From NCBI GenBank assembly GCA_031370785.1, contig JANMQY010000059.1, forward strand, positions 1 to 44,887: a DNA stretch of 44,887 nt, read 5' to 3'. Within the stretch, counting starts at the first letter, position 1. Each line of letters begins with the position of its first letter. This document shows positions 33,001 through 41,149 of the stretch, piece after piece. A model generated the notes under the pieces. The model did not search any database. It saw nothing but the letters and a program-made list of their open reading frames with translations, and was not told the origin of the DNA. The position numbers and the translations under genes are program-made. This stretch comes from Candidatus Eiseniibacteriota bacterium. Its GTDB lineage: Bacteria > Eisenbacteria > RBG-16-71-46.

Positions 33001-36000
33001 GACGCGGTACATCGCGTAGCTGCCGTCCTCGCGCGTGTAGTCCGAGCCAGCCGTGTCGATCACCGCGCCCGAGACGTCCAGGTGCACCGCGGTCACGAGA
33101 GCGCCCGGAATCGGCAGGCCGGTCGTGTCACGCATGACCGTGCCCTTGATGGATCCGAACCCGGTGGCGAGCGTCGTCTCCGGATAGGCCGCCGCGATCG
33201 CGGCCATGTCATCGTCCTTGAGCGTCGCCGCGATCGTGCCCGGCTGCTGCACGAAATACATGGTGGCGGTGGCGACGCCGCTGTGGCTCAGGCCGAGCAG
33301 GTGCCCGAGCTCGTGCGTGGCGACACTCTGCAGGTCGAACGCGCCGGCATGGGTCGGAGTGCGGAACGAGGCGGTGGGATTGAATACGATGTCCGCGTCC
33401 ACGATCTGGCCCGGCAGCACGATGTCATCGCCGAACCAGGTGCGGCGAGTCGCCGACAGCGTCGGCGTCACCGCGAGCACGCTCGGCGAGAATGCGAAGG
33501 TCTGATCCTGGAACGTGATCAGGTTGATCCCGTCGGTAGCAGAAGCCGCCACCTGTGGCGTGTCGGGATCCGCGTTGATCCTGACTTTCGCTCCCGGCAC
33601 GTTCTTCCAGGCGTTTACCGCGGCCAGGAACGCGGCGCGATCGCTGAAGTCGGTGATCCCCGGGATGCGCTGCAGCGAGATCCGGTAGCGCAACGGCAGC
33701 GAACTCGATGCCCATGTCTCCACGTGATGGAACGTCGCGGTGGGATCGAGACAGCCATTGCCGTCCGCGTCCTGACCTGCGGCCAGCACGCTTGGGCAGG
33801 CGTCCTGCGAGTCGGCGACGCCATCGAAATCCGAGTCCACGCCGAGCTGGTAGAGGCGAATGTCGTCGAGGAACGGCAGGCGGGTGGCATGCATGCTGGG
33901 CATATAGATGCTGCCGTAGAAAGCCTGCTCGCGGCGATCCTCGATCGAGAACACGAGCTGGATCGAGTCGGGTGCGAGCGTGCCGTAGAGAACCTGGAAG
34001 TCGTCCGGGTAGCGAAGGACGGCCTGGTTGAAGAACGGCACCGTCGCATCGCTGACGCCGATGCCCGAATTGAGCGTGAACCAGGACTGGGCATCGAAGT
34101 GCGGGTGCATGGCGCCCGCCAGCTTGCCGCGCACGAATGGCGTGACGAACACACCGGTCAGGTTGTCTGGCAGCTTGCCGGAGAACGTGATCAGCGTCGT
34201 CGCGGACTTGTCCGGCAACCGGATCCACGGGGAAACCAGCTGGGTAAACACTCCGGGGGCGACCGTGTCGTTCGCAGCCAGGAACGTCCACGCGCACGAG
34301 GGATCGGAGAGGTCGAAGTTGGTGCGCAGCGCGCCGGTCGTAACCAGGCCGGGCAGATCGCGCCGCGACATTCCGCCCTCAGTGATGGGGTATGCGCCGT
34401 TCTGAGCCGACAGTGTCCAGAGCCCGGTCGTCCCGTCTTCGAAGTCGAGGGGCGCAAGGACATTCGAGACGCCGTCGCGCAGGGTCAGGTTGTCGACGAC
34501 CGCGGCTCCGGCGGGACGAGACGACGGATCCCCGTCCTCGGCCGAACCTGTGTCCTCGGTCTGCACCAGAACGCGCAGGCGGGTGGTCGTCCCCAGGTTG
34601 GCGCTGTCGTTCGATCCGCTGGCGAGGTCGACGACGACATGAACCACATCGATACCGACGACGCCCGTACCGCTCACATCCCCGAGCGCACCGTTCTGAT
34701 ACTGGGCGGCGAGCGGCACCCAGACGCCATCGGCGCGCTGCCCCTCCACTTCAACGAGGCGGTTGCTGGTCGCGGGCTGAAGCATGGTCGTGTTGAACGA
34801 AAGCGCCATGTCGAACTCGAGCCGGGCATTGGGGTGCGCGCCCCGGTCGAACGCCGGCGAGGTGAGGCGCTGGCTCCAGCCGTTGCCGTGTCCCGAGCGG
34901 CTGACCCAGTGCTCGACTTCGTCAGGAGCCGACGTGCTGTCGGCGCCGAACCACAGTGCTTTCGCGCCCATGAGGAAGCTCACCCGATCGCCGGCCACCA
35001 CATCGAGCTGTCCATCCCCGTGCAGGTGATAGATCAGGCGGTTGGCGGCGAAGTAGCAACCGCCGGCGTTATCGCTGGCCAGCCTGCTGGCGGTATTGAA
35101 GGACGTGTTCCGAAAGAGGAGCTGCTGGCCCAGGTTGCTGCCGCTCGGTGGTCCGAAGAAGTCCCGGTTGCCGACCGCCACGCTGACTGTGCCGCCCACG
35201 ATCTTGTACATGCGCGTGAAGTCTGCGGGGTCGACCGCGGTCACGTAGAGCGCGCCGCCGGAATAGGCGATCGCGTGAGGCCCGAAGAACACACCCGGCC
35301 CACCTGCGATCGTGGTGATGATGCCGGTCGTGAGATCCACGCGGCGCACCCGATTGTTTTCGAGGTCGCAGAAGAAGAGCTCGGTGCCTGTAGGGTTCAG
35401 CGCCAGCCCGACGGGGTTCGCCAGGTGCGCGGACAGCGCGGGGCCGCCGTCGCCGCTGTAGCCGACATTTCCGTCACCGGCCACCGTCACGACCCGCATG
35501 TCGTTCCGCCGGATCATGCGAATCCGCGAAGTGCTGGCCTCGGCGAAATACACATTGCCGTTGCTGTCGGTCGCGAGGCCGTCGGCCTCGATGCGTGCAG
35601 CCGCGACCGTCGTGTCGTTCTCGACTCCCGAGCTGAAATCAGCGCCGGCAAAGTGGACAGGCGTGCCGCCGCCGGATGGAATCAGGAAGATCTGGCTCAG
35701 GTTCGTGTATGAGATCAGCAGCCCGTGCGTGATCGGATCGACAATCATGCCCCTCGTAAAGGCGATGCCGACCGCGTCGCTCGCGATCTGGCGGGCGAGA
35801 TTCGCCGCGGGGTAGGTCTCGATCACCATCAGGCCCGCAAGGGCGCCTTCGGTGTACACGACGCGGCCCGAGTCGTTGAGTGCGACTTCGGTCGGGACTA
35901 CGAGGCCCCGGGTGAGCGCCGCCGGAAAGGTCGGAATGCCCGAACCGTCGAAGCGGCGTCCAATGAATGCCGAATGGTTGACGACGTAACGGCCCGAGAC

Positions 36001-36345
36001 GTGGGCGAAGACCTGCGAGGTCCTGTCGGTCGCGGCCCAGCCGCGAGCCTGGCAGGTGCCGTCTAGGTCCTGGAAGCCGTGCGACTGGACGACGAAGGTG
36101 TCGGTCGTACTGAAGAACGAACCGGTGAGCGGTCCGGAGAGGCGGCCGAACGAGCTCAGCGCGGGCAGCGAGCCGATGGCCCGCATCGTCGTGGCCTTGG
36201 GGCGGCCAGGCGTGGTGCCGGTGGCGGAGGCCGGCGCAGCGCTCTTCGATGCGACTGGTGAGGTGGGCGCGGCGATCGAGCTCGATGCGAAGAGCAGCAG
36301 CGCGAGAGCGGCGAGGGCGAGACGATGTCGGGGAGTGGTCATCAT
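27064..36345 (-). CDS. 3093-aa secreted multidomain protein: NHL propeller, TSP3-like Ca loop, matrixin (M10-like) metalloprotease, Ig-like/IPT-TIG domains, several YVTN/YncE-type propellers, C-terminal FlgD-Ig sorting-type domain
   Basis: Signal peptide; 'GYSGDGGPALSAHLANPVGLA'; 'DSDFDGVADSQDACP'; 'HELGHLLGLSHS...ATMY' (33283-33315); 'VTFSEPVD' and 'ARFNQRM' Ig-like; C-terminal 'PNPARG...LFDLQGRR...WNGQTDGG..AAGLYFARF'. Confidence 0.88.
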   Translation of the reverse strand: MMTTPRHRLALAALALLLFASSSIAAPTSPVASKSAAPASATGTTPGRPKATTMRAIGSLPALSSFGRLSGPLTGSFFSTTDTFVVQSHGFQDLDGTCQARGWAATDRTSQVFAHVSGRYVVNHSAFIGRRFDGSGIPTFPAALTRGLVVPTEVALNDSGRVVYTEGALAGLMVIETYPAANLARQIASDAVGIAFTRGMIVDPITHGLLISYTNLSQIFLIPSGGGTPVHFAGADFSSGVENDTTVAAARIEADGLATDSNGNVYFAEASTSRIRMIRRNDMRVVTVAGDGNVGYSGDGGPALSAHLANPVGLALNPTGTELFFCDLENNRVRRVDLTTGIITTIAGGPGVFFGPHAIAYSGGALYVTAVDPADFTRMYKIVGGTVSVAVGNRDFFGPPSGSNLGQQLLFRNTSFNTASRLASDNAGGCYFAANRLIYHLHGDGQLDVVAGDRVSFLMGAKALWFGADSTSAPDEVEHWVSRSGHGNGWSQRLTSPAFDRGAHPNARLEFDMALSFNTTMLQPATSNRLVEVEGQRADGVWVPLAAQYQNGALGDVSGTGVVGIDVVHVVVDLASGSNDSANLGTTTRLRVLVQTEDTGSAEDGDPSSRPAGAAVVDNLTLRDGVSNVLAPLDFEDGTTGLWTLSAQNGAYPITEGGMSRRDLPGLVTTGALRTNFDLSDPSCAWTFLAANDTVAPGVFTQLVSPWIRLPDKSATTLITFSGKLPDNLTGVFVTPFVRGKLAGAMHPHFDAQSWFTLNSGIGVSDATVPFFNQAVLRYPDDFQVLYGTLAPDSIQLVFSIEDRREQAFYGSIYMPSMHATRLPFLDDIRLYQLGVDSDFDGVADSQDACPSVLAAGQDADGNGCLDPTATFHHVETWASSSLPLRYRISLQRIPGITDFSDRAAFLAAVNAWKNVPGAKVRINADPDTPQVAASATDGINLITFQDQTFAFSPSVLAVTPTLSATRRTWFGDDIVLPGQIVDADIVFNPTASFRTPTHAGAFDLQSVATHELGHLLGLSHSGVATATMYFVQQPGTIAATLKDDDMAAIAAAYPETTLATGFGSIKGTVMRDTTGLPIPGALVTAVHLDVSGAVIDTAGSDYTREDGSYAMYRVPAGNYAVYVTPLDGLILNGLSPEFISGHLAAIAQSNFDPEWYSAIESAHDDPALRQTLTLGAGTALTGINVITNLDTIPPVIVATSPANASSGSAIDASVLVTFSEPVDIPSLQSAFKLRAQGTVPRLAGSGLLSNAGRTFLFTPTNALDFDSPYEIVFTTDLTDATGVHLPSEFTATFRTQVRPPVSITQISPRSVRPGAIVTLTGAGFQPGGGDFIIFERFTSDTAVIVGRSSATAISYDSTVTVSHSPTSLTFVVPARSPGLDSVYVMSGGEISNKLAMTVLAPVPQASPSPSGIPVPLAFSPTDVALAPDGLSAVAVGEGGLATINLNPQLPSLRVAVQRFTQAAKSIALNPDGTRGFVTQPLGSDILVVDTSPTSVGLGTVLDTIFVPGQPRAIVMDPAGRRAYAIETATGVVFEMDVNPASTSANSLIRQFPPLGPLTGGLEMDPRGDRLYLTNALEIITLTLKDSTTSVQSSGFRVSLGGAIAIDPSATQLIFPVSSQVRLTSPSNSFPTEGAVLGGTPVNVLVSPQGQSAFVANQLFNQLQVVNVDRSSPTYHTTVAQIATGAGPVAIASNNDGSLLAVANSGGHSISLFNVLTAGVPIMQRVVPDVALPGDAVAIQSPNSTVLTATSQVDLGSGLLGLTNAIAGGGAFAVPPLTQRTTSVTVQQASGARSTSLPFSIVDRITTFAPHSTSVSRVPGAISCGPGFMYGRLDMVRVSPDGSTIALARQSASPCNSIIDFYEASDHGPGVLGDFIGQSGLPMSIIRDMAFTPDGRRLWFIGEDLTSGILDTDRSSLAFGSQVGAFGPPSVPSPAQFAADPLGRFVFASDLSAGRVMFLNPGTAGVTSIIPLTTPTRGLAVSPDGRTLVVGLNGRASFVNIATLSIVLFSPNHVAAGVADYFQRIAITTDGKRAVGLMDTGRIAVWNLDPAQSVIGTELFFGTPIPVALSPSSPVAGSDGHSVIFGCANSDSMVRMDVGSGTPIVTYALIGQRSAAVGRSPDGRRLWVARNFTPGSTGPGNVSAFSLSPATHLSLVGGGDQSAPANSTLPLPIDVRVTDDFGRPQQGVAIHFVTDGVTNGTLDGVSGRISTYHLTDSNGEAVVSWKLPAFGSSVSLGVTAEGVTGGTLTAHATLAVDDSQIEPVIVGLGPPNGAAGLNAGTAVFARFNQRMEASSAASHLRLFMNGAPVTGTPSLSEQGRLVLFQPGTALQFSARCSLVVDAGMLDLDGQSLAQGGVSVFTVQAPPPVALNSLMPQAGPAGTAVVLNGTGFSATPAQNVVLFSGVLALPSDARLTSLVANAPLAAPSGPVTVGVGNATSNALTFTVLPPNPNPGGVLGELNASQGIRDVAASPDGSRLYVTNPGSSTLTALDVNTATKLTDITVGSLPQSVAILPDGSRAYVANTGSNNLSVVDVKPSSATYHTVLKTIPVGSMPVDVQIGPVGPKIYVLNQGSNTLDEIDANPGNATFDQVVTTVSTGSGGKNIAITPDGTRAYVAVGAGLLVIDLMSHQVVTTVSTGSGGKNIAITPDGTLALLLTESGELIVIDVAPGPSQYRVVTTASTGSGGKNVAITPDGTLAYITNETDNTVLVFSIGHASSGGSSVLPGPAVRLTRVATFPTGQGPGGIAIDPTGKTLVYVANEGSGTVSVFGFPGGLPTVPVTFGFNPNSLNLKSMGKWVKGTIRPPAPYTASDIVLSSVRLNGVVPVDTTGPHSIDDSNSELSVSFVRSEVQMVVGTGDAVPVTVTGLIEGRNFSGQDTIKVSRGKVTAPNVGQVLASHSTFNVTWTTPNGTNVQWVAILHSFDHGNNWTLDAQNLPNTGSYSWTVPNASTDSAKVAVVLVESTLPTSADSLGAQSSEVSGPLAISDYFRIRGTTDLTPPPVTLEFSSIRPNPARGTAVLRFGLPRRTKIDLELFDLQGRRTRVLMSGVHEPGWYDVRWNGQTDGGGGAAAGLYFARFRAEGREFKQRLIWLR
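28255..28575 (-). repeat. Three near-identical propeller-blade repeats inside the giant CDS
   Basis: 'VVTTVSTGSGGKNIAITPDGT' x2 and 'VVTTASTGSGGKNVAITPDGT', similar at the DNA level. Confidence 0.85.
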
Positions 36346-36354
36346 GTCTCCGGC

Positions 36355-36921
36355 CTAGCGGCCGGCCTCCCCGAGCGCGGCCTGGATCTCGCGCACCAGC
36401 GAATTGAGCGGGATGCGCGGAGCGGACGCACCCGGGCCAACCATGCGCAAGGTCTTCGCGTCGCGGATCGCGAGGCCCTTCAGCGAACGCTGCACCATGC
36501 GCTCTCCGGTCGCGGGATCCCGGGTGATATCGAACTTGCCCTGAGCGAGCCCATCGACCTGCAGGTGTCCCGCGCCGTCACGCCACACGAAGAGCAGCGC
36601 TTCCTCGCCGGGGGTGAAGCTCGGGCTGCCCTCGACGCTGTAGCGCAGGCCGTCCACCTCTCCGCCGATCTGGCGCAGGGTGAGCCGCTGGGAAGCCGGA
36701 CCCTTCAGCGTCTGCGAGACCTGCACCGTGACCTCGGTCACGATCATGGTGTGGTTCTCGTTCCAGCGCGCGCTCGAGCCCTCGATCTGCCCGATCACGA
36801 TCGCGCTGGATTCGCGCACCAGCGCCGGGGTGTCGAGAAAGGTGACCTGGGTGGCGCGTGCCGCGGGCGAAGCGGCCAGCAGCGCCAGGGAGAACAGACC
36901 GGCAAGGCGATATGGCGACAT
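36355..36921 (-). CDS. Small secreted protein, partner of the giant protease (propeptide/OB-fold-like)
   Basis: Signal peptide MSPYRLAGLFSLALLAASPAARA; 'LVRESSAIVIGQI...VTVQVSQTLKG...GGEVDG...FTPGEEALLFV'; 9 nt from the giant gene's start. Confidence 0.75.
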   Translation of the reverse strand: MSPYRLAGLFSLALLAASPAARATQVTFLDTPALVRESSAIVIGQIEGSSARWNENHTMIVTEVTVQVSQTLKGPASQRLTLRQIGGEVDGLRYSVEGSPSFTPGEEALLFVWRDGAGHLQVDGLAQGKFDITRDPATGERMVQRSLKGLAIRDAKTLRMVGPGASAPRIPLNSLVREIQAALGEAGR

Positions 36922-37011
36922 GAATTTCTCCGGTTGCGGGGAGTAAGGAGGCTCATGTGACGCGCGGGGCAAGTCGCGCCACCGGAGATGAAATCGGGAG
37001 CTGCGAAAGAT

Positions 37012-37980
37012 TCAGGGGTGTCGGGTGAGTTCGAGGGCCCTCTGAAATTCGGCGGCAGCCTGATCCATGAGACCGATCGCCCGATAGACATTGCCCAGAG
37101 CTTCATGCGGGGCGGGGGAGTCGGGGGAGATGCGCCCGAGCTGTTCAAAGTGTGCCGACGCGTCGAGGTACAGTCCGCGTCCCGAGAGGTAGGAACCCGC
37201 GAGGTAGTGCGTGGCAGGGCTGTTCGCGCCGCCCGCGCTCTCGGCGATGTGGGTGAGGTCCACGCGCACCGAGCTGGCCGCGCCCTCGGAGAGCACGTGG
37301 AACACGCTCGACTCGTCGCGGAACGGCCCGCGCGCGCCGATCGCCTCGACCTTCCACAGATAGTCGGCATCGCGCGCGAGCGCGGGCGCGTCGGCCGGAT
37401 ACTCGAGCCCGTTCGCGGCCAGTTCGCGTCGCCACACTTCGCCCTGATCGCCGGAGACGCTCACGCGGTAGCGCGATGCGCCTTCCACGGCGCGCCACGC
37501 GAACGTGGGTCGGTCGGTGAGCAGGTCGGTCTGGCGCGGCCCGTCGAGGAACGGCGTGCGCTCCTCGCCGCCGCGCATCGCGCTCAGCGCGACGAGTCCG
37601 CTTTGACGCGAGCCGCCGGTGACGAAGCGCGAGACCTGGCTGTAGACGCCGCCCGAAAGCCCGGCGCCGGGGCCGACCTTACTGCTGGGGGCGACGCGGC
37701 CGCCGATGGTGACGGTGCTGCGCTCGGCAAGCTCGATGACATTGCCGTCGCTGAGATAGATGGTCGCGTTTGCGCCTGGAGCCACCACCACGCGGTCACC
37801 GCGCTCGAGCGTGAAGCCGAAGGTCGCGCGACGCGTCGCACCCGCGTGCACGACATCGACCTTCCCCGTGGCGCTGGCGATGATTGCGTAGGGCTCGGGG
37901 GCGGAGAACGCGCTACGCCCGTTGCTGGACAGCGCAGCGATACACACCAAAACTGACAACAAAATACGGCGAGGGAACAC
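37012..37980 (-). CDS. Secreted protein with FecR-like N-terminus, DUF928/Ig-like middle and C-terminal TPR
   Basis: GTG start with GGAGG RBS; 'GKVDVV...LERGDRVVVAPGANATIYLSDG'; 'RPTFAWRAVEGASRYRV...YLWKVEA'; 'HEALGNVYRAIGLMDQAAAEFQRA'. Confidence 0.7.
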   Translation of the reverse strand: MFPRRILLSVLVCIAALSSNGRSAFSAPEPYAIIASATGKVDVVHAGATRRATFGFTLERGDRVVVAPGANATIYLSDGNVIELAERSTVTIGGRVAPSSKVGPGAGLSGGVYSQVSRFVTGGSRQSGLVALSAMRGGEERTPFLDGPRQTDLLTDRPTFAWRAVEGASRYRVSVSGDQGEVWRRELAANGLEYPADAPALARDADYLWKVEAIGARGPFRDESSVFHVLSEGAASSVRVDLTHIAESAGGANSPATHYLAGSYLSGRGLYLDASAHFEQLGRISPDSPAPHEALGNVYRAIGLMDQAAAEFQRALELTRHP

Positions 37981-38301
37981 GGGACCAGCCTCCGTCGGAC
38001 AAGGGTACGGGGATGGCCGGTTGGATCGGGCGCGACCGGAGCCACCAAAGAGTCCTGCAAGCACCAAACATTAGAACCGACCTCGGGCCGGCTTGCCAAC
38101 CAAATTCGTTCCTCGACCCTCGAAAAACTGCGCCTGACGAGGGCGGCCGAGCCGATGCCGCGATCGCCAGCATGAATGACACCATCCAGGACGTCTCGTT
38201 GGTCCGGCCTCGCGCCCCCGGACAACGCTCATGGCGGATGGGCCCCATTCCCGAGGCCCGGGGCGTCGGCGCGCGCTCCCGCTGCGAAACCGGTCCCACT
38301 C

Positions 38302-38330
38302 TTGCCCGGAGACCCGGCTCCGGCTATGGT
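38302..38330 (+). promoter_or_regulatory. Putative sigma-70 promoter of pyrR
   Basis: TTGCCC, 17 nt, TATGGT, about 85 nt upstream of the start. Confidence 0.5.
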
Positions 38331-38404
38331 GCGCCCGCCCTCAAATCTGCCCATCCGTGTCGCCGCCCACGGCTCCCTCCCGCCGCCAGGCGTCGCCCTT
38401 CTGA

Positions 38405-38965
<561 letters not shown>

Positions 38966-38967
38966 TC

Positions 38968-40872
38968 ATGCGTCGCTCGTGGAACGCGTCGCTGCTCGGC
39001 GCGATCCTGGTGTTCTGCGCGATACCCGGCGCGCATGCGGCGCCCGTGATCCCTGCCGGCGCGATCACGCTCTCCCTGGATGCGCGTGAGGCCGCGAAGA
39101 AGACCTTCCATTCCCGCCTCGTGATTCCGGTCACGGGCGGACCTCTCACATTGTTCTATCCGAAGTGGATCCCGGGCGAGCACGGACCGACCGGGCCGCT
39201 CACCGGTGTGGCCGGGCTCAGGCTGACCGCGAACGGGCAGCCGCTCGCCTGGCGGCGCGACCCGTTCGACATGTACGCGATCCATTGCAGCGTGCCCGCG
39301 GGCGCGAGCGCGCTCACCGCCGAGTTCGACATGGTGACCGCGCAGGAGAACGCCGGCTTCACCTCCGGAGCGTCGTCCAGCGCGCAGCTCGCGGTGGTGA
39401 ACTGGAACCAGCACGTGCTCTACCCCTCCGGCCGTCCGGCCGCTGAGATCCGGTTCGCGGCAAGCGTGCGCCTGCCGGAAGGCTGGCGCTACGCGACCGC
39501 GCTGCCGGTCGCCCGCGAAGGCGCGGGCAGCGTCGAGTTCTCACCGGTTTCGCTGGTGACGCTGGTGGACTCGCCGCTTCAGATGGGCGCGTTCACGCGC
39601 ACCGTGGCGCTCAATCCGGGCCAGGCGCGGCCGGTGTTCCTGCACCTGGCTGCGGACAGCCGGGCGGCGCTCGAGATCGACTCCTCGATGGTCCATCACC
39701 TGCGGAACCTGGTGGCCGAGGCCGCCGAGATGTTCGGCGCCCAGCACTACCGCAGCTATCACTTCCTCTACACCCTCAGCGACCACGTCGCCTCGTTCGG
39801 TCTCGAGCATCACGAGTCGAGCGATGACCGCGACGAGGAGCGCACCCTGGTGAATCCGGAATTGCGTCTGGCCAACTCGACGCTGCTCTCGCACGAGTAC
39901 TCGCACTCGTGGAACGGCAAGTACCGCCGCCCCGCGGGGCTTGCGACGCCCGGTTTTCAGCAGCCGATGCAGGACGATCTGCTGTGGGTCTATGAAGGCC
40001 TGACGCAATATCTCGGCTGCCTGTTCGCCGTGCGCAGCGGGCTCCAGACCGCCGAGCAGTATCGCGAGCTGATCGCGATCCGTGCCGCGCAACAGGACAC
40101 GCGCGCCGGCCGGGCGTGGCGACCGCTGGTCGACACCGCCGTCGAAGCGCAGCTCCTCTACGACGCGTCCGATGAAGGCGAGTCGTGGCGGCGCAGCGTG
40201 GATTTCTACGACGAGGGCCTGCTGATCTGGCTGGAAGCGGACGCGATCATCCGCCGCGAAAGTGGCGGAAGACTCTCGCTCGACGACTTCTGCCGCCGCT
40301 TCCTCGGCGGCGAGAGCGGGCCGCCCGAGGTGGTCACCTACACCTTCGAGGATCTGGTCGGTTCGCTCGATTCCGTTCAGCCGCACGACTGGCCCGGGTT
40401 CTTCCACGAGCGGGTCGAGAAGATCGCGCCGCGCGCTCCGCTGGGCGGCCTCGAGGGCGAGGGCTGGCGGCTGGCCTATCGCGATTCCAGCTCCGAGCAC
40501 TTCCGCGCGCGCGAGACCTCGAACAAGAACATCGACCTGCGCTACTCGATCGGCCTGATTCTCGACAACGATGGGGACCAGGCCGGAAGGGTGACCGACG
40601 TCCTGCCGGGTTCCGCGGCCGCAAAGGCCGGCGTCGCGCCTGGCATGAAGCTGGTCGCCATCAACGGGCGGCGCTGGTCGAAGGAAGTCCTGCACGATGC
40701 GCTTCACGCCACCGCATCGGGCCAGCCGCTCGAGCTGCTCATGGAGAGCGCGGATTTCTTCACCACCTGCCGGCTCGACTGGCGGGGCGGCGAGCGCTAT
40801 CCGTGGCTCGAGCGCATCCCCGGCACGCGCGATCTGCTCTCGCAACTGATCGCGCCCCGCGCCTCGCGCTGA
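38968..40872 (+). CDS. Secreted M61 family glycyl aminopeptidase with PDZ domain
   Basis: 'PKWIPGEH', 'GLEHHESS', 'HEYSHSWNGK', 'LWVYEGLTQY', PDZ 'VLPGSAAAKAGVAPGMKLVAING'; signal peptide. Confidence 0.9.
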   Translation: MRRSWNASLLGAILVFCAIPGAHAAPVIPAGAITLSLDAREAAKKTFHSRLVIPVTGGPLTLFYPKWIPGEHGPTGPLTGVAGLRLTANGQPLAWRRDPFDMYAIHCSVPAGASALTAEFDMVTAQENAGFTSGASSSAQLAVVNWNQHVLYPSGRPAAEIRFAASVRLPEGWRYATALPVAREGAGSVEFSPVSLVTLVDSPLQMGAFTRTVALNPGQARPVFLHLAADSRAALEIDSSMVHHLRNLVAEAAEMFGAQHYRSYHFLYTLSDHVASFGLEHHESSDDRDEERTLVNPELRLANSTLLSHEYSHSWNGKYRRPAGLATPGFQQPMQDDLLWVYEGLTQYLGCLFAVRSGLQTAEQYRELIAIRAAQQDTRAGRAWRPLVDTAVEAQLLYDASDEGESWRRSVDFYDEGLLIWLEADAIIRRESGGRLSLDDFCRRFLGGESGPPEVVTYTFEDLVGSLDSVQPHDWPGFFHERVEKIAPRAPLGGLEGEGWRLAYRDSSSEHFRARETSNKNIDLRYSIGLILDNDGDQAGRVTDVLPGSAAAKAGVAPGMKLVAINGRRWSKEVLHDALHATASGQPLELLMESADFFTTCRLDWRGGERYPWLERIPGTRDLLSQLIAPRASR

Positions 40873-40985
40873 ATTTCGTCAGGCGCGCCGCGTCCGCGCG
40901 GATGTTGAGTGAGCGCGCGAACCCCGTTTTTCCTCGGAGCGCGCGCCGGATTTCATACGGCGCGCGCGCTGAATTTCATACGGCG
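40866..40985. repeat. Three copies of a 20-nt intergenic motif
   Basis: GCGCTGAATTTCGTCAGGCG (40866), GCGCCGGATTTCATACGGCG (40943), GCGCTGAATTTCATACGGCG (40966). Confidence 0.7.
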
Positions 40986-41149
40986 GAAAGCGCAAATCCG
41001 ATCACACCGCTGCGCCGCGAATCGCATCTCTACAACACATCTTCATCTCTAGAACACATGAGGCGGGCCGCTTCCATGCACTCCAGCACCGAGGATCTGC
41101 TCTCGACCCCTGCCTCGCTTGGGCACGCCCTGTTGTGCGTGAGTCGCGC

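Noticed and set aside
32854..35712. 952-aa + strand ORF (and similar ones at 26575-28626, 28717-30129, 1626-3215, 4982-6358)
   Set aside because: Antisense shadows of well-supported genes; Arg/Ala/Gly-rich with no domains
40866..40985. CRISPR mini-array
   Set aside because: Repeats are 20 nt with gaps of 57 and 3 nt; no cas genes
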